A stretch of DNA of 58,252 nt from a virus (lineage: Duplodnaviria > Caudoviricetes): positions 1 to 58,252 of the IMG/VR virus record IMGVR_UViG_3300044802_000092; one strand, 5' to 3'. The notes below the pieces were generated by a model. The model was not told the origin of the DNA, did not search any database, and worked only from the letters and a program-made list of their open reading frames with translations. This document shows positions 37,747 through 46,494 of this stretch, piece by piece (within the stretch, counting starts at the first letter, position 1; every line of letters begins with the position of its first letter). Both the position numbers and the translations under genes were made by a program.

Positions 37747-38265
37747 ATGGCAATCAAGATACACCACACACAGCGTGCACGGGCAAAGAAGTTCGGCATC
37801 GAGTTGAAGATCGAAGAAAATGAGGTGGTTGCTTACCGCAGAAGCAGGCCGCAGGCTTCGGGCGTCAATGCAAAGGCCGTACTGGAGGAAGCTATTAGTA
37901 TGATACCTTCTGCCGCCGTGGCTAAGCTCATCCGGCCCGCCCCAAAGAAAGAGGGAGAGGCCGAAGAAAACGAAAGCGACGGCGACAGCGGCAAGTCTAT
38001 CATTTCGAACCGGTATAAGGAGAAATACCGGTCCCACGAGATGAGCTGCGGAGACGACCTGTCAAATGCGATGGCGGAGCGGTTCACGGTTTTGGACTCT
38101 GAAGCCGGAGAAAGGCGGGTCGACCGGGCGGCGCTGCAGAGGTTTGCAGAAGCCAACGACATCTGGAAACCAGGCTATGTCCGCCTCAATTCCGGCCAGC
38201 TGAGGATGACGATTGGAAATCGGGTGCGCGGTTTGATGCGTAAAGACCTTGAAGTCAAGTGGTAG
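37747..38265 (+). CDS. Hypothetical protein (paralogous C-terminal motif with 40346-40693)
   Basis: YxxLNSGQLRMTIGNRVRG motif. Confidence 0.75.
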   Translation: MAIKIHHTQRARAKKFGIELKIEENEVVAYRRSRPQASGVNAKAVLEEAISMIPSAAVAKLIRPAPKKEGEAEENESDGDSGKSIISNRYKEKYRSHEMSCGDDLSNAMAERFTVLDSEAGERRVDRAALQRFAEANDIWKPGYVRLNSGQLRMTIGNRVRGLMRKDLEVKW

Positions 38266-38346
38266 TGGCTTGGGGCACGTTGCACCAAGCTTTGAGGGGG
38301 AGGGGACAGGACGTTCCTTCCCCCTCAGTTTTAAGGGAAGGTTGGC

Positions 38347-39444
38347 ATGCAGTACGCAGCAGGCAAGGTTATTCAGGGCAAAAAGTGGCGAAAGACCATG
38401 TCCGGCATGGGCGATAGGTGGGTGGAACCCTTCGCCGGGGGACTGGGGGCATATCAACAAATAGCGCCGTCGTACGGGCGCGCTTTGATTTCCGACCTTT
38501 CGCCCGTTATACTAATGTGGGAGGCGGTGAGGAACGGGTGGCGGCCGGATGTAAGCACTCCTTTGACCAAAGAGTCCCACGCCGTTTACAAGCAGATCGC
38601 ATTCGGGGATGACCCGACACCTCAAGCGGTTTATGCTGTACACACTGGAAGTTTTAGGGGCAGCGCTACTGGAAGCTGGAGCCCGTCCGGCCCCCGGAGG
38701 GGAAGCAATTCCGGGTTGGCTAGACTGGAGGCGGTTGCGGATGTATTGCGCTCCGTGCCCACCGAAATCCGCCAGTGTGACTACAAAGATACACTATCTG
38801 ACTGTGGGCAGGGGGATGTAGTCTATTTGGACCCCCCATATTCTGCTTTAAATTATTGGATTAGGCCGCCGCTCTGTTCAGGCTTTGACGTTAACGAGAT
38901 GTTAAATATGGCTGAGGCCGCTGTGCTCCGGGGGGCGGTTGTGTTCATCAGCCACTACAACAATGAACTGGATACCAATAAGTGGCGGGCGGTTGAGTTA
39001 CACCTAGACCAGAGCCCCATGTTTGACGGGCAGAACCTTTCGGCCAAGCGCATTAACGAGTATTTGTACGTGGACATCCGCACCTTTTACCGGTTTGATT
39101 TTCGAGGCGACGATTCCCGCGTGAAAACGAACCGCCGGGCGGCGCAAACCTCTGTTAGACAAGATTTGTTGGCCCTCACCGGCGGGCGGTGTGAGGCCAC
39201 GGGGGAACTGTATCCCAAGTACCAGTTGGATTTGGTACACGGGCCGGGGTTTGAGTTTGTTAAAATGGGGGATTCCGATCCGGACTACTGTTATCTTGTA
39301 AACAAACTATTCCACGCAGCGCTGGACGCCCCGGAATCAGGAGTCACAATGTTGGACGGGATGTGGGTTGTACCAGAATGTTTTCGAGATCAAGAATGGG
39401 CGAAGAATACTCACGGAATGCGGGCGAAACGGTGCCGGAAATAG
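38347..39444 (+). CDS. DNA adenine methyltransferase (Dam/D12-like) fused to HNH-like domain
   Basis: YxxGK, VEPFAGG motif I, VYLDPPY motif IV; C-terminal RCEATG...LDLVH...LFHAALD. Confidence 0.75.
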   Translation: MQYAAGKVIQGKKWRKTMSGMGDRWVEPFAGGLGAYQQIAPSYGRALISDLSPVILMWEAVRNGWRPDVSTPLTKESHAVYKQIAFGDDPTPQAVYAVHTGSFRGSATGSWSPSGPRRGSNSGLARLEAVADVLRSVPTEIRQCDYKDTLSDCGQGDVVYLDPPYSALNYWIRPPLCSGFDVNEMLNMAEAAVLRGAVVFISHYNNELDTNKWRAVELHLDQSPMFDGQNLSAKRINEYLYVDIRTFYRFDFRGDDSRVKTNRRAAQTSVRQDLLALTGGRCEATGELYPKYQLDLVHGPGFEFVKMGDSDPDYCYLVNKLFHAALDAPESGVTMLDGMWVVPECFRDQEWAKNTHGMRAKRCRK

Positions 39445-39566
39445 CTGAAACATTCGAGTAATACCCAGAGAATATTCGGGGAACGTAATTGTGTTTCCCG
39501 TTTTCCTTTCGGTTTCAGGCGGAGAAATCAAAAGGTCCTTCAACCCTCCGTCAACTGAGGTTCCAA

Positions 39567-40268
39567 ATGCGTTCTTGGGCAGTGGCGATTTTCCTGTCGG
39601 TCTTGGGCGGAACTAGTTTCCCCGCTCGCGCCGACTACAGACCGAGCTGGACAGAACCCGCACCGAAAACTCATAAAAAGCACCGCACACACAAGGTTGC
39701 CCGGCACAGCCGCAAAAAGCACCGCACACATAAGGCCACCCGGCACAGCCATAAAAAGCACCGCAGGTCTCGCGGGCGGCACGTTTCCTCTGCCCCCTAC
39801 TCCCACGTTCGTTCCCCTCAAGTTCCGCCCCCCTCCGGCGGCATGGTGACTATACCGACCGTGGCGGGGCGAATTACCGTTGCGCGCAGCCAGGCTCCCC
39901 ATTGGCAGGCCCTGATTGCGGACCTTGCCGCCGCAGGCTATCGCCCGCACCGTCTTGGCTGCTATGCTTCGGGTGGCCATGTGACCTATTCCCGCCATTA
40001 TGTGGGTGCGGCATGCGATTTTGATGGTTCTCTTTCTCGCAGCGCCTTCATGCGGAGCCAGACCGCCCATCGCATTATCGTCGCCCACGGTTTTCGCAAC
40101 GGTTGCAGCTTTGCCGTTCACGGGGTGCGCGATTGTGGCCACGTCGACGACGGGCGCGCCGGGCACCGGCACAACTGGTACACTCTCGGAATAAGAATGC
40201 CTCGCTTTGGCCACCGGCGGCGCGGCGTGCCTGATACCGGAATGGGGCTGGGAATGTGGCCCTTTTAG
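39567..40268 (+). CDS. Secreted peptidase M15-like protein with His/Lys-rich linker
   Basis: Signal peptide MRSWAVAIFLSVLGGTSFPARA; SRHYVGAACDF and DCGHV Zn-ligand motifs. Confidence 0.7.
   Translation: MRSWAVAIFLSVLGGTSFPARADYRPSWTEPAPKTHKKHRTHKVARHSRKKHRTHKATRHSHKKHRRSRGRHVSSAPYSHVRSPQVPPPSGGMVTIPTVAGRITVARSQAPHWQALIADLAAAGYRPHRLGCYASGGHVTYSRHYVGAACDFDGSLSRSAFMRSQTAHRIIVAHGFRNGCSFAVHGVRDCGHVDDGRAGHRHNWYTLGIRMPRFGHRRRGVPDTGMGLGMWPF
39672..39765. repeat. 39-bp imperfect tandem repeat (HKKHRTHKxxRHS)
   Basis: AAAAAGCACCGCAC recurs at 39-bp spacing. Confidence 0.8.
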
Positions 40269-40280
40269 GTTGTGTATTCC

Positions 40281-40320
40281 AGCCCGTGCCCTTGACGCCG
40301 GGCACGGGCTGTGTTTTTTT
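40281..40320 (+). terminator. Intrinsic terminator
   Basis: AGCCCGTGCCC/GGGCACGGGCT stem followed by T7. Confidence 0.75.
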
Positions 40321-40345
40321 GTATTAACACTCACAGGAGGTCCCC

Positions 40346-40693
40346 ATGACCAGCGAAGATTCTACATCCAGCACCATCATCGCCGATAAATATAGAGGCA
40401 ACTACCAGGCAGTCAAGTTCGCAAAGGGCGGCAAAAACTACACTTCCCGTATCTCTAGCGATTCCGTTGCCTACGGCCTGCTTGGGGCCGACGACGGGGA
40501 ATTGAGGGATGTGCTGGAAGAGAACGGTGCCATCGGGCAAATCGAAGGCAAGACATATCCGAATCAGGGCATGTTTCGCATGGCCGCCGGGGCAATTCTG
40601 CGCGGAAAACTTCGGCGTGGCGAGTCCATTAAGATCAAGGGCAAGATCGTCAAGACCCTCGACCAGCAAGTGAAGTCCCCGTTCATCGACTAA
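40346..40693 (+). CDS. Hypothetical protein (paralog-like of 37747-38265)
   Basis: AGGAGG RBS; YPNQGMFRMAAGAILRG. Confidence 0.75.
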   Translation: MTSEDSTSSTIIADKYRGNYQAVKFAKGGKNYTSRISSDSVAYGLLGADDGELRDVLEENGAIGQIEGKTYPNQGMFRMAAGAILRGKLRRGESIKIKGKIVKTLDQQVKSPFID

Positions 40694-40725
40694 GTTTCGT
40701 TCGATCTGCCGGTTGAATGAAATTA

Positions 40726-40775
40726 GGGCCGCTGGAATATACAGGTTTCGCCTGTTCCAGCGGCCTCTATATATT
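40726..40775 (+). terminator. Terminator-like hairpin
   Basis: GGCCGCTGGAA/TTCCAGCGGCC with inner ACAGG/CCTGT, then AT-rich tail. Confidence 0.55.
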
Positions 40776-40780
40776 TGGGC

Positions 40781-40809
40781 TTGACGGCCGGACGCCGGTG
40801 TGGTAGAGT
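40781..40809 (+). promoter_or_regulatory. Sigma70-like promoter
   Basis: TTGACG-17 nt (ending TGTGG)-TAGAGT. Confidence 0.6.
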
Positions 40810-40815
40810 GTCCTT

Positions 40816-41127
40816 AAGGTCAGGGAGGCACGGATAGAGCCCCAGTCCAAGAAGCCGACCCTGACCGGCATATCGATTTTCGTGTTAGGGATTTCCTTGA
40901 ACACGAAAAGGTGTGGACCTGAGCTTCCTTGTTCCCTCAGGTCCACACTTCCCGTTTTCCGGTGCGGTGTTTTGACAGTTGACACCGCACAAACCGCCGG
41001 GCCAAGTATAGGCGCAGGCCCGGCGGCACTTATAGTTTGGCTGGCCCCGTATTCGGTCCCCCCGCTCGGAGCCAGTCTCAGGGCAGCTAGGTCTCTCGCG
41101 CCCCCGTGCCTCGGCCTAGCTGCCCGC
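40816..41127 (+). ncRNA. Candidate seven-hairpin structured RNA / long leader
   Basis: Seven consecutive 8-13 bp stems starting at the predicted TSS; no credible ORF. Confidence 0.65.
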
Positions 41128-41148
41128 CCCCTTGATAGGACAGTTTGC

Positions 41149-41478
41149 GTGCCCATCGTGTATGTCCCCCACCCTGTAAAAAACGACATCAGCGCGGCCA
41201 AGCTGTGGGGCTCTCTAGTTTTCATAAATAAGGGGTACGTTTACCCGGATGCAATAGATGATATAACCGATTCCATAGCCAGCGAGGTTTTTGACAACCT
41301 CGCAAAAGCCGCAAATTCTTTTACCCCCTCAGATTACCTGCTCATTGCGGGCGACCACCTCCAGATCGTTCAGTTTAGCGCCTTGTTGGGTGCCCGGTTT
41401 CCCTCCTTTTGGGCACTTCGGTACTTGCCCCACGTATCCGCGTACATGTCAGTTAGGATTCACACCGTTTCCAGATAA
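41149..41478 (+). CDS. Conserved phage hypothetical protein
   Basis: GTG start, VYVP...DISAAKLWG...DYLLIAGD. Confidence 0.7.
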   Translation: MPIVYVPHPVKNDISAAKLWGSLVFINKGYVYPDAIDDITDSIASEVFDNLAKAANSFTPSDYLLIAGDHLQIVQFSALLGARFPSFWALRYLPHVSAYMSVRIHTVSR

Positions 41479-41494
41479 ACAACAGGGTTGCGTC

Positions 41495-41523
41495 TTGACA
41501 GCCCTGTCGGGCTGTGCTACGGT
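41495..41523 (+). promoter_or_regulatory. Sigma70-like promoter
   Basis: TTGACA-17 nt (ending TGTGC)-TACGGT. Confidence 0.55.
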
Positions 41524-41567
41524 AAGGGTTAAGAGAGTCTTAACGGCGGCAAGTAAGGAGTACGGCG

Positions 41568-42125
41568 ATGGCAAAAAAACCCTCTACTCTGATAGATTTC
41601 AACACTTTACCCCAAAGTTTATTCGAGCGAAATAATCCCACCAAAAACATAGCGGCCGAACTCCTAGAACTGTCTAGACACCTTCAAGTTCTGCGCGCTC
41701 ACATGTTTGAGGCTGCCCGGTCAGGCTCCAACTCGTTAGCCCGGTCTTTCGTGACGCTCCATCAACTTAACGAAAACATGCAACTTCTTGTTAAGCAATT
41801 CAACAAGTTGATGGAACACTACAAAACCGTAGCCGTTCCGGACGTGCTTGACATGGCGGGGGTGACAAACGTGCCGTTGGCCGAGGGCTTCCGGGTGGGA
41901 ACTTCCAGCCGGTTGTGGGCTTCATTTCAGGTCGAAAATCAAGATGAAGGCTTTGAGTGGCTACGGCGCAATGGGATGGGAGACCTTATCAAGTTAACCG
42001 TAAACACTCAAACCTTATCCAGTGCAATCTCGCAACACCTAGACGAATATAGTGAGGAGCCGCCCCCTGAACTAATAAAAGTAACAGTCACGCAAAACAC
42101 TTCAGTAACTCGTACAAAGAAATAG
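41568..42125 (+). CDS. Conserved phage replication-module protein
   Basis: FEWLRxNGMGDLIKxTVNxQTLS motif; AAGGAG RBS. Confidence 0.75.
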   Translation: MAKKPSTLIDFNTLPQSLFERNNPTKNIAAELLELSRHLQVLRAHMFEAARSGSNSLARSFVTLHQLNENMQLLVKQFNKLMEHYKTVAVPDVLDMAGVTNVPLAEGFRVGTSSRLWASFQVENQDEGFEWLRRNGMGDLIKLTVNTQTLSSAISQHLDEYSEEPPPELIKVTVTQNTSVTRTKK

Positions 42126-42134
42126 GCAAACCCC

Positions 42135-43016
42135 ATGGCAAAGTCCCCCACAGCAGCTGCCCGCAGCACTCCAAACCTTCCCGCCACAACGGCCCCCTCA
42201 CACCTGGCACTGACCGACGAGGTGCCCGAGTTCATGTCAGGTGATGCGGGAAAAGGCCTGGAATCGGTCGGGGCTGAAGACGTTTCAGTTCCTCGTATCA
42301 AACTGATGCAAGGAACCTCCCCAGAACTGACGACGTTTGATGACTTACGGCAGGGCGATTTCTGGCATACGGCTAACGAAGTGAACCTGGGCCAAAAGTT
42401 CCTTGCCGTGCCCGTATACCGCGACAAGCGTTACATCCTGTGGCGGCCTCAAGATTCCGGCGGGGGCATCCTGGCCCGCGCGGACGACGGCAAAACTTGG
42501 ATTCCGGCCAACACTTCATTTGAAGTAAAGTTGGATGCAAAACAGGGAGGAAAAACTGTTACTTGGACCACCGGGGACACCGTGGAAAACTCCGGGCTAG
42601 CCCTGTGGGGAACCTCCGACCCTGAAGACTCTTCGTCCCCGCCCGCCGCCACTCTCATGTACAACTTCGTTCTGGTCTTTCCAGAGCACCCTGAGCTGGC
42701 CCCGGCAATTCTGACATTTCAGCGCTCAACCGTGGGGGTTGCTCGAAAGTTCTTAGGTACCCTCAAAACCCGCAACCGCCCGATCTTTGGTCAGGTTTAC
42801 GAGTTTTGCTCAGTAGGAGCGACCAACAAAGACGGGAAGCCGTTTAGGTCGATCGTTCCGCGCGCTGCGGGCCTGATTGCGGATAAGGCCCTTTACGACA
42901 GGTATAAGGGGATGTACGAAACCTTCGCAAAATCGGCACTTCAAATCCGTGACGTCGAAAGCTTGCAGGTGGAAGCCGAAGAAGAAACCGCAACCGTTGG
43001 CCGGCCGGAGTATTGA
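42135..43016 (+). CDS. Putative ssDNA-binding / replication accessory protein
   Basis: GLExVxxEDVxVPRIKLMQxxSPE; acidic C-terminal tail; position upstream of DNA polymerase. Confidence 0.6.
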   Translation: MAKSPTAAARSTPNLPATTAPSHLALTDEVPEFMSGDAGKGLESVGAEDVSVPRIKLMQGTSPELTTFDDLRQGDFWHTANEVNLGQKFLAVPVYRDKRYILWRPQDSGGGILARADDGKTWIPANTSFEVKLDAKQGGKTVTWTTGDTVENSGLALWGTSDPEDSSSPPAATLMYNFVLVFPEHPELAPAILTFQRSTVGVARKFLGTLKTRNRPIFGQVYEFCSVGATNKDGKPFRSIVPRAAGLIADKALYDRYKGMYETFAKSALQIRDVESLQVEAEEETATVGRPEY

Positions 43017-43366
43017 GCATGACAAACGAACCCGTTCCAACGCAAGGCGCGGCGCTGGCCGCACTAGAAGAACTGAAGCAAGTGGTGTTGGACCCGTTAA
43101 ACACCCTTACTTCAGCGCAGAAAGAACCGGGTTCCCGCCCGCCTTTGAAACTGCGGGTAGGGCCGGGGGTCCACCCTCTCTTTGCCAATACTTTTTCCGT
43201 CTGGAAAAGGGATGGAGTGCTGCGGTTGCTCGCTTGCGATAGCGCAAGCGAGGGATTAACCTCACCGGTCCACACCTTTTTGGTAATGACAGAGGCTGAC
43301 GCCGTGGCCCTATGCCGGTTAATCCTGAACCTGCCAGAGGAAAAGACAGATGGCTCTGAAAGATGA
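43013..43366 (+). CDS. Hypothetical protein
   Basis: Overlapping in-operon ORF. Confidence 0.6.
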   Translation: MSMTNEPVPTQGAALAALEELKQVVLDPLNTLTSAQKEPGSRPPLKLRVGPGVHPLFANTFSVWKRDGVLRLLACDSASEGLTSPVHTFLVMTEADAVALCRLILNLPEEKTDGSER

Positions 43367-43559
43367 TGAAATAAAAAAGCTAGAAGCAGTGCTGCTGGCG
43401 TTGGACGGCGTGGAACTCAAAGGCCGGTCCGAACAATTCGTGACAGACCAGCGCGCGCGCTACGGGCAATACGGGACAAATATGCTTCTTTCGCTGAAAC
43501 AGTGGGAGTGGCTGAAGAACCTCTACGAAGAACACGTAGGGAAGTGGGACGAAATCTAA
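43350..43559 (+). CDS. Hypothetical protein
   Basis: FVxDQxxR...LSxKQWxWL; in-operon. Confidence 0.7.
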   Translation: MALKDDEIKKLEAVLLALDGVELKGRSEQFVTDQRARYGQYGTNMLLSLKQWEWLKNLYEEHVGKWDEI

Positions 43560-43574
43560 CTAAACAGGTGAAAA

Positions 43575-43817
43575 ATGGTTGAAAAGGTTGATCTAGAGAA
43601 GTTCTCCACGTATGCCGGGTTTCTCGGATATCTTCGCCTTGCGCGGGTAAACTTGGTTGTGGCGGGTGAACGGGCAGTACGGCTGAAAACGGTGGATGTG
43701 CCGGAGCCTTACCGGCACATCACAGCTGGCCGCGACATCGAAGAACTGATCACTGAGCTTGACGATTTACTGAGGGAAATAGACCCTCTGATTGAGCTTA
43801 TGCAAGAAAGAAGGTAG
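43575..43817 (+). CDS. Hypothetical protein
   Basis: AGGTG RBS; in-operon. Confidence 0.6.
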   Translation: MVEKVDLEKFSTYAGFLGYLRLARVNLVVAGERAVRLKTVDVPEPYRHITAGRDIEELITELDDLLREIDPLIELMQERR

Positions 43818-43819
43818 CA

Positions 43820-45670
43820 ATGTCAAGCCGGTTTGACTACAGTGATGTGTTAGTTGAGGTGTTTAACCGGCTTGACCGGGCGTCTGAGGTGGTGGTTGAC
43901 GTTGAGACTTCTGGGTTAAGCCCATTGCGCAATCACATCGTGGGGTATGCGCTGTGTTTCGGCCCCGCCCCTCAAGATTCCTACTACTTGCCCGTGCGGC
44001 ATGCGCCGGGCGGCAACTTTACCGATATCCCCGCCCCCCAAACCGCAGATGGGTGGGATGGTACAACCCCGCTGTGGGAAAGACAGCTGCTGGACAGACT
44101 AAACCGGCAAAACCTCAGGGTTGTGGGCCACAACTTGAATTTCGACTTGAAGATGATGTGGCGGGCTGGATACCAGTGTCTGCGCTCTAGATATGAAGAC
44201 ACACAGCTCAACGCGGCTCTGCTCAACGAATGGCAGGGCAAGTTTTCCCTAAAGGCCTGCGCTGGCATAGCGGGGGTACAGGCAAAACTATCAGACGAAA
44301 TCTCGGCCCACATCCAAGCCCAGTTCCCCGACGAAAATCTCCCTGAGAAGGGAATAATGGCCCACTACTGGCGGCTAAACGGGGCGGACCCCGTGGCGGT
44401 CGACTACGCAAGGGGAGACGGTACGACCACGTGGCAGCTAGCTCAGTGGCAACGGGAAAGACTCGAAAAAGAGCAGCTATTAAAGGTTTGGGATATTGAG
44501 TGCCGGTTGATTCCCGTGCTAGTTCGACAAACCATGTTCGGGGTGCGGATCGACGAGGAGCGGCTGCACGGGCTGCAGACGGAGATAACTGCCAAGATCG
44601 ACGGGTTGATGTCAAAGTTTCCGGAAGGGTTCAACGTGCGGTCCCCCGGATGTGTCCGGGCCTGGTGTGAAGCCCACGGCAACACGGATTGGCCCCTTAC
44701 CCCCAAGAAACAACAGCCTTCGTTTCCGGAGAGCTGGCTAGAAACCCATGATGCGGGCCGGGCGATAGTAGAACTCCGGCAGATGCAGACTTTAATGAGC
44801 AGTTTCATCCGGCCGATGATGGAAACCCACCTGTTTAAAGGTAGAGTCCACACAACGTTCAATCAACTGAGAGGGGACGACTACGGCACTATTACAGGAA
44901 GGTTGTCGTCCAGTGACCCCAACCTTCAACAAATTCCGCACCATTCCAACCCGGCTTTGGGAGCGCTTTTCCGTTCCATATTCGTCCCCGACGAGGGGAA
45001 GATGTGGGCGGAGCGGGACTACAGCCAGGCTGAGCCCAGGCTACTTGCTTATTATTCCCGGTGTGCCGTTTTGTTAGACGATTATCGAAACAACCCGAAG
45101 GCCGACGCTCACGCCGCTGTAGCGCGGGCCACGGGCCTGGACAGGCAAACCGGTAAGCGCGTCAATCAAACGCTGCTCACCGGGGGAGGAAAGGGCGTTC
45201 TAACAACCAAATACAAGATAACCCCGGAAGACGCAAAAAAGGTGTGGAACGACTATTTCGAACGGCTCCCCGAAATTAAAACGCTCCAAACCGAATCCCG
45301 GCTAAAAATGCGTCGGCGGGGTTACGTGCGCACCCTGCTCGGCCGGAAGTGCCGGTTGCTTGACTTCAACAAAGCTTACGTGTCCATGAACCGGTTGTTA
45401 CAGGGGGGCAACGCGGACATAACCAAGTACAAGATGGTTCAGGTTGACGAGTATCTGGCCAGCGAGGGGCGGCCAATCGAGGTACTGCTCAGCATTCATG
45501 ACTCCCTCAACTTCCAGTTTTCTGAAGAATATAGACACATTTACGAGCGGTGCGGCGAGATCATGGCCGACTTCTCCTCCGGCCAGTTGATCGAGCTGGA
45601 TGTACCGATGAAAACCGATGCGGGTGAGGGGAAGAACTGGGCGGAAGCCACCTACGGAGAAAAGAAGTAA
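43820..45670 (+). CDS. Family A DNA polymerase (3'-5' exonuclease plus polymerase)
   Basis: VDVETSG, HNLNFD, TGRLSSSDPNLQQIP, DYSQAEPR, QGGNADI, SIHDS. Confidence 0.93.
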   Translation: MSSRFDYSDVLVEVFNRLDRASEVVVDVETSGLSPLRNHIVGYALCFGPAPQDSYYLPVRHAPGGNFTDIPAPQTADGWDGTTPLWERQLLDRLNRQNLRVVGHNLNFDLKMMWRAGYQCLRSRYEDTQLNAALLNEWQGKFSLKACAGIAGVQAKLSDEISAHIQAQFPDENLPEKGIMAHYWRLNGADPVAVDYARGDGTTTWQLAQWQRERLEKEQLLKVWDIECRLIPVLVRQTMFGVRIDEERLHGLQTEITAKIDGLMSKFPEGFNVRSPGCVRAWCEAHGNTDWPLTPKKQQPSFPESWLETHDAGRAIVELRQMQTLMSSFIRPMMETHLFKGRVHTTFNQLRGDDYGTITGRLSSSDPNLQQIPHHSNPALGALFRSIFVPDEGKMWAERDYSQAEPRLLAYYSRCAVLLDDYRNNPKADAHAAVARATGLDRQTGKRVNQTLLTGGGKGVLTTKYKITPEDAKKVWNDYFERLPEIKTLQTESRLKMRRRGYVRTLLGRKCRLLDFNKAYVSMNRLLQGGNADITKYKMVQVDEYLASEGRPIEVLLSIHDSLNFQFSEEYRHIYERCGEIMADFSSGQLIELDVPMKTDAGEGKNWAEATYGEKK

Positions 45671-45674
45671 TCCC

Positions 45675-46172
45675 ATGCTCGAAACAGACCTGCAGTCGGC
45701 CGTTGTAAAGTCCGTAATAACCGCAGGCGGGTCCGCACACAAGTTGAGCAACCGGTTTATTACCGGAGTGGCGGACCTGTTAATCAAGATTCCGGAGTTT
45801 GAGGCCTTCTGCCTGGAGGTGAAGTTTGGGCGGTACACCCCACCCCTCAGGGTTAAGGACGTGTCTGTGCCCCTCAAGACCCCCCAGTGGCGGTTCTTGA
45901 GGAATTACTGGCGGGCGGGCATGCCTACGGGGGTGTTGAGCTTTGCGGGACATAACTGTCAAAGCATGTGGGTTACGGTCCTGTGGGCCAACGACTTCCG
46001 CCGTTTTCGGACGGCGGACACGGAACCAGATTGGCTGTTTAAGATTCCGGCAGAGCGGTACGTCAAACTAGACCCCCGAACCCCGGAGTTCGTCGCTCTT
46101 CTCAAACAATCCCTCACCGCCCTTAATCAAACAACAGGAGGCCTGCACAATGTCCGTGATGGAGCTGATTGA
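45675..46172 (+). CDS. PD-(D/E)xK nuclease (VRR-NUC / Holliday junction resolvase-like)
   Basis: ETDLQ...GVADLL...LEVK...Q. Confidence 0.7.
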   Translation: MLETDLQSAVVKSVITAGGSAHKLSNRFITGVADLLIKIPEFEAFCLEVKFGRYTPPLRVKDVSVPLKTPQWRFLRNYWRAGMPTGVLSFAGHNCQSMWVTVLWANDFRRFRTADTEPDWLFKIPAERYVKLDPRTPEFVALLKQSLTALNQTTGGLHNVRDGAD

Positions 46173-46494
46173 AGAAAAAGCTAAAACACACGGGGACTTC
46201 ACCGACCAAGCTCAAATGGCGCAGGGCCTGAAGTCTGTCTTACATGCCTCCCGCCGTTGGGACGGCATGACCGCTGTCCAGCGGGAGGCGGCAGAAATGA
46301 TTTTACACAAGCTGGCGCGGGCATGCAGTGGGGACCCCTGGGCGCGGGACCATTGGCAGGACATCGCGGGGTACGCTACGATGGTGGCCGACCGCAGTCC
46401 ATGCGCGCACGCCGCAGAGATATACGGCGGCAGCGGCGGCGGCACAGCGGTGTGTCAGGGATGCGCCTCTCAGGGTGATGGAGTAAAGTTATGA
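46150..46494 (+). CDS. DUF6378-like all-alpha protein (possible dNTP pyrophosphohydrolase)
   Basis: THGDF, EAxEMIxHKLAR, GDP...DHWxDIAGYA. Confidence 0.75.
   Translation: MSVMELIEEKAKTHGDFTDQAQMAQGLKSVLHASRRWDGMTAVQREAAEMILHKLARACSGDPWARDHWQDIAGYATMVADRSPCAHAAEIYGGSGGGTAVCQGCASQGDGVKL

Noticed and set aside
40292-40320. TTGACG promoter-like match
   Set aside because: No -10 at the proper spacing; the sequence is the loop of a clear terminator
40882-41148. N-terminal extension of the 40882-41478 ORF and antisense ORF 40767-41225
   Set aside because: No RBS, low-information sequence, coincides with the hairpin array; the conserved-looking protein starts at GTG 41149
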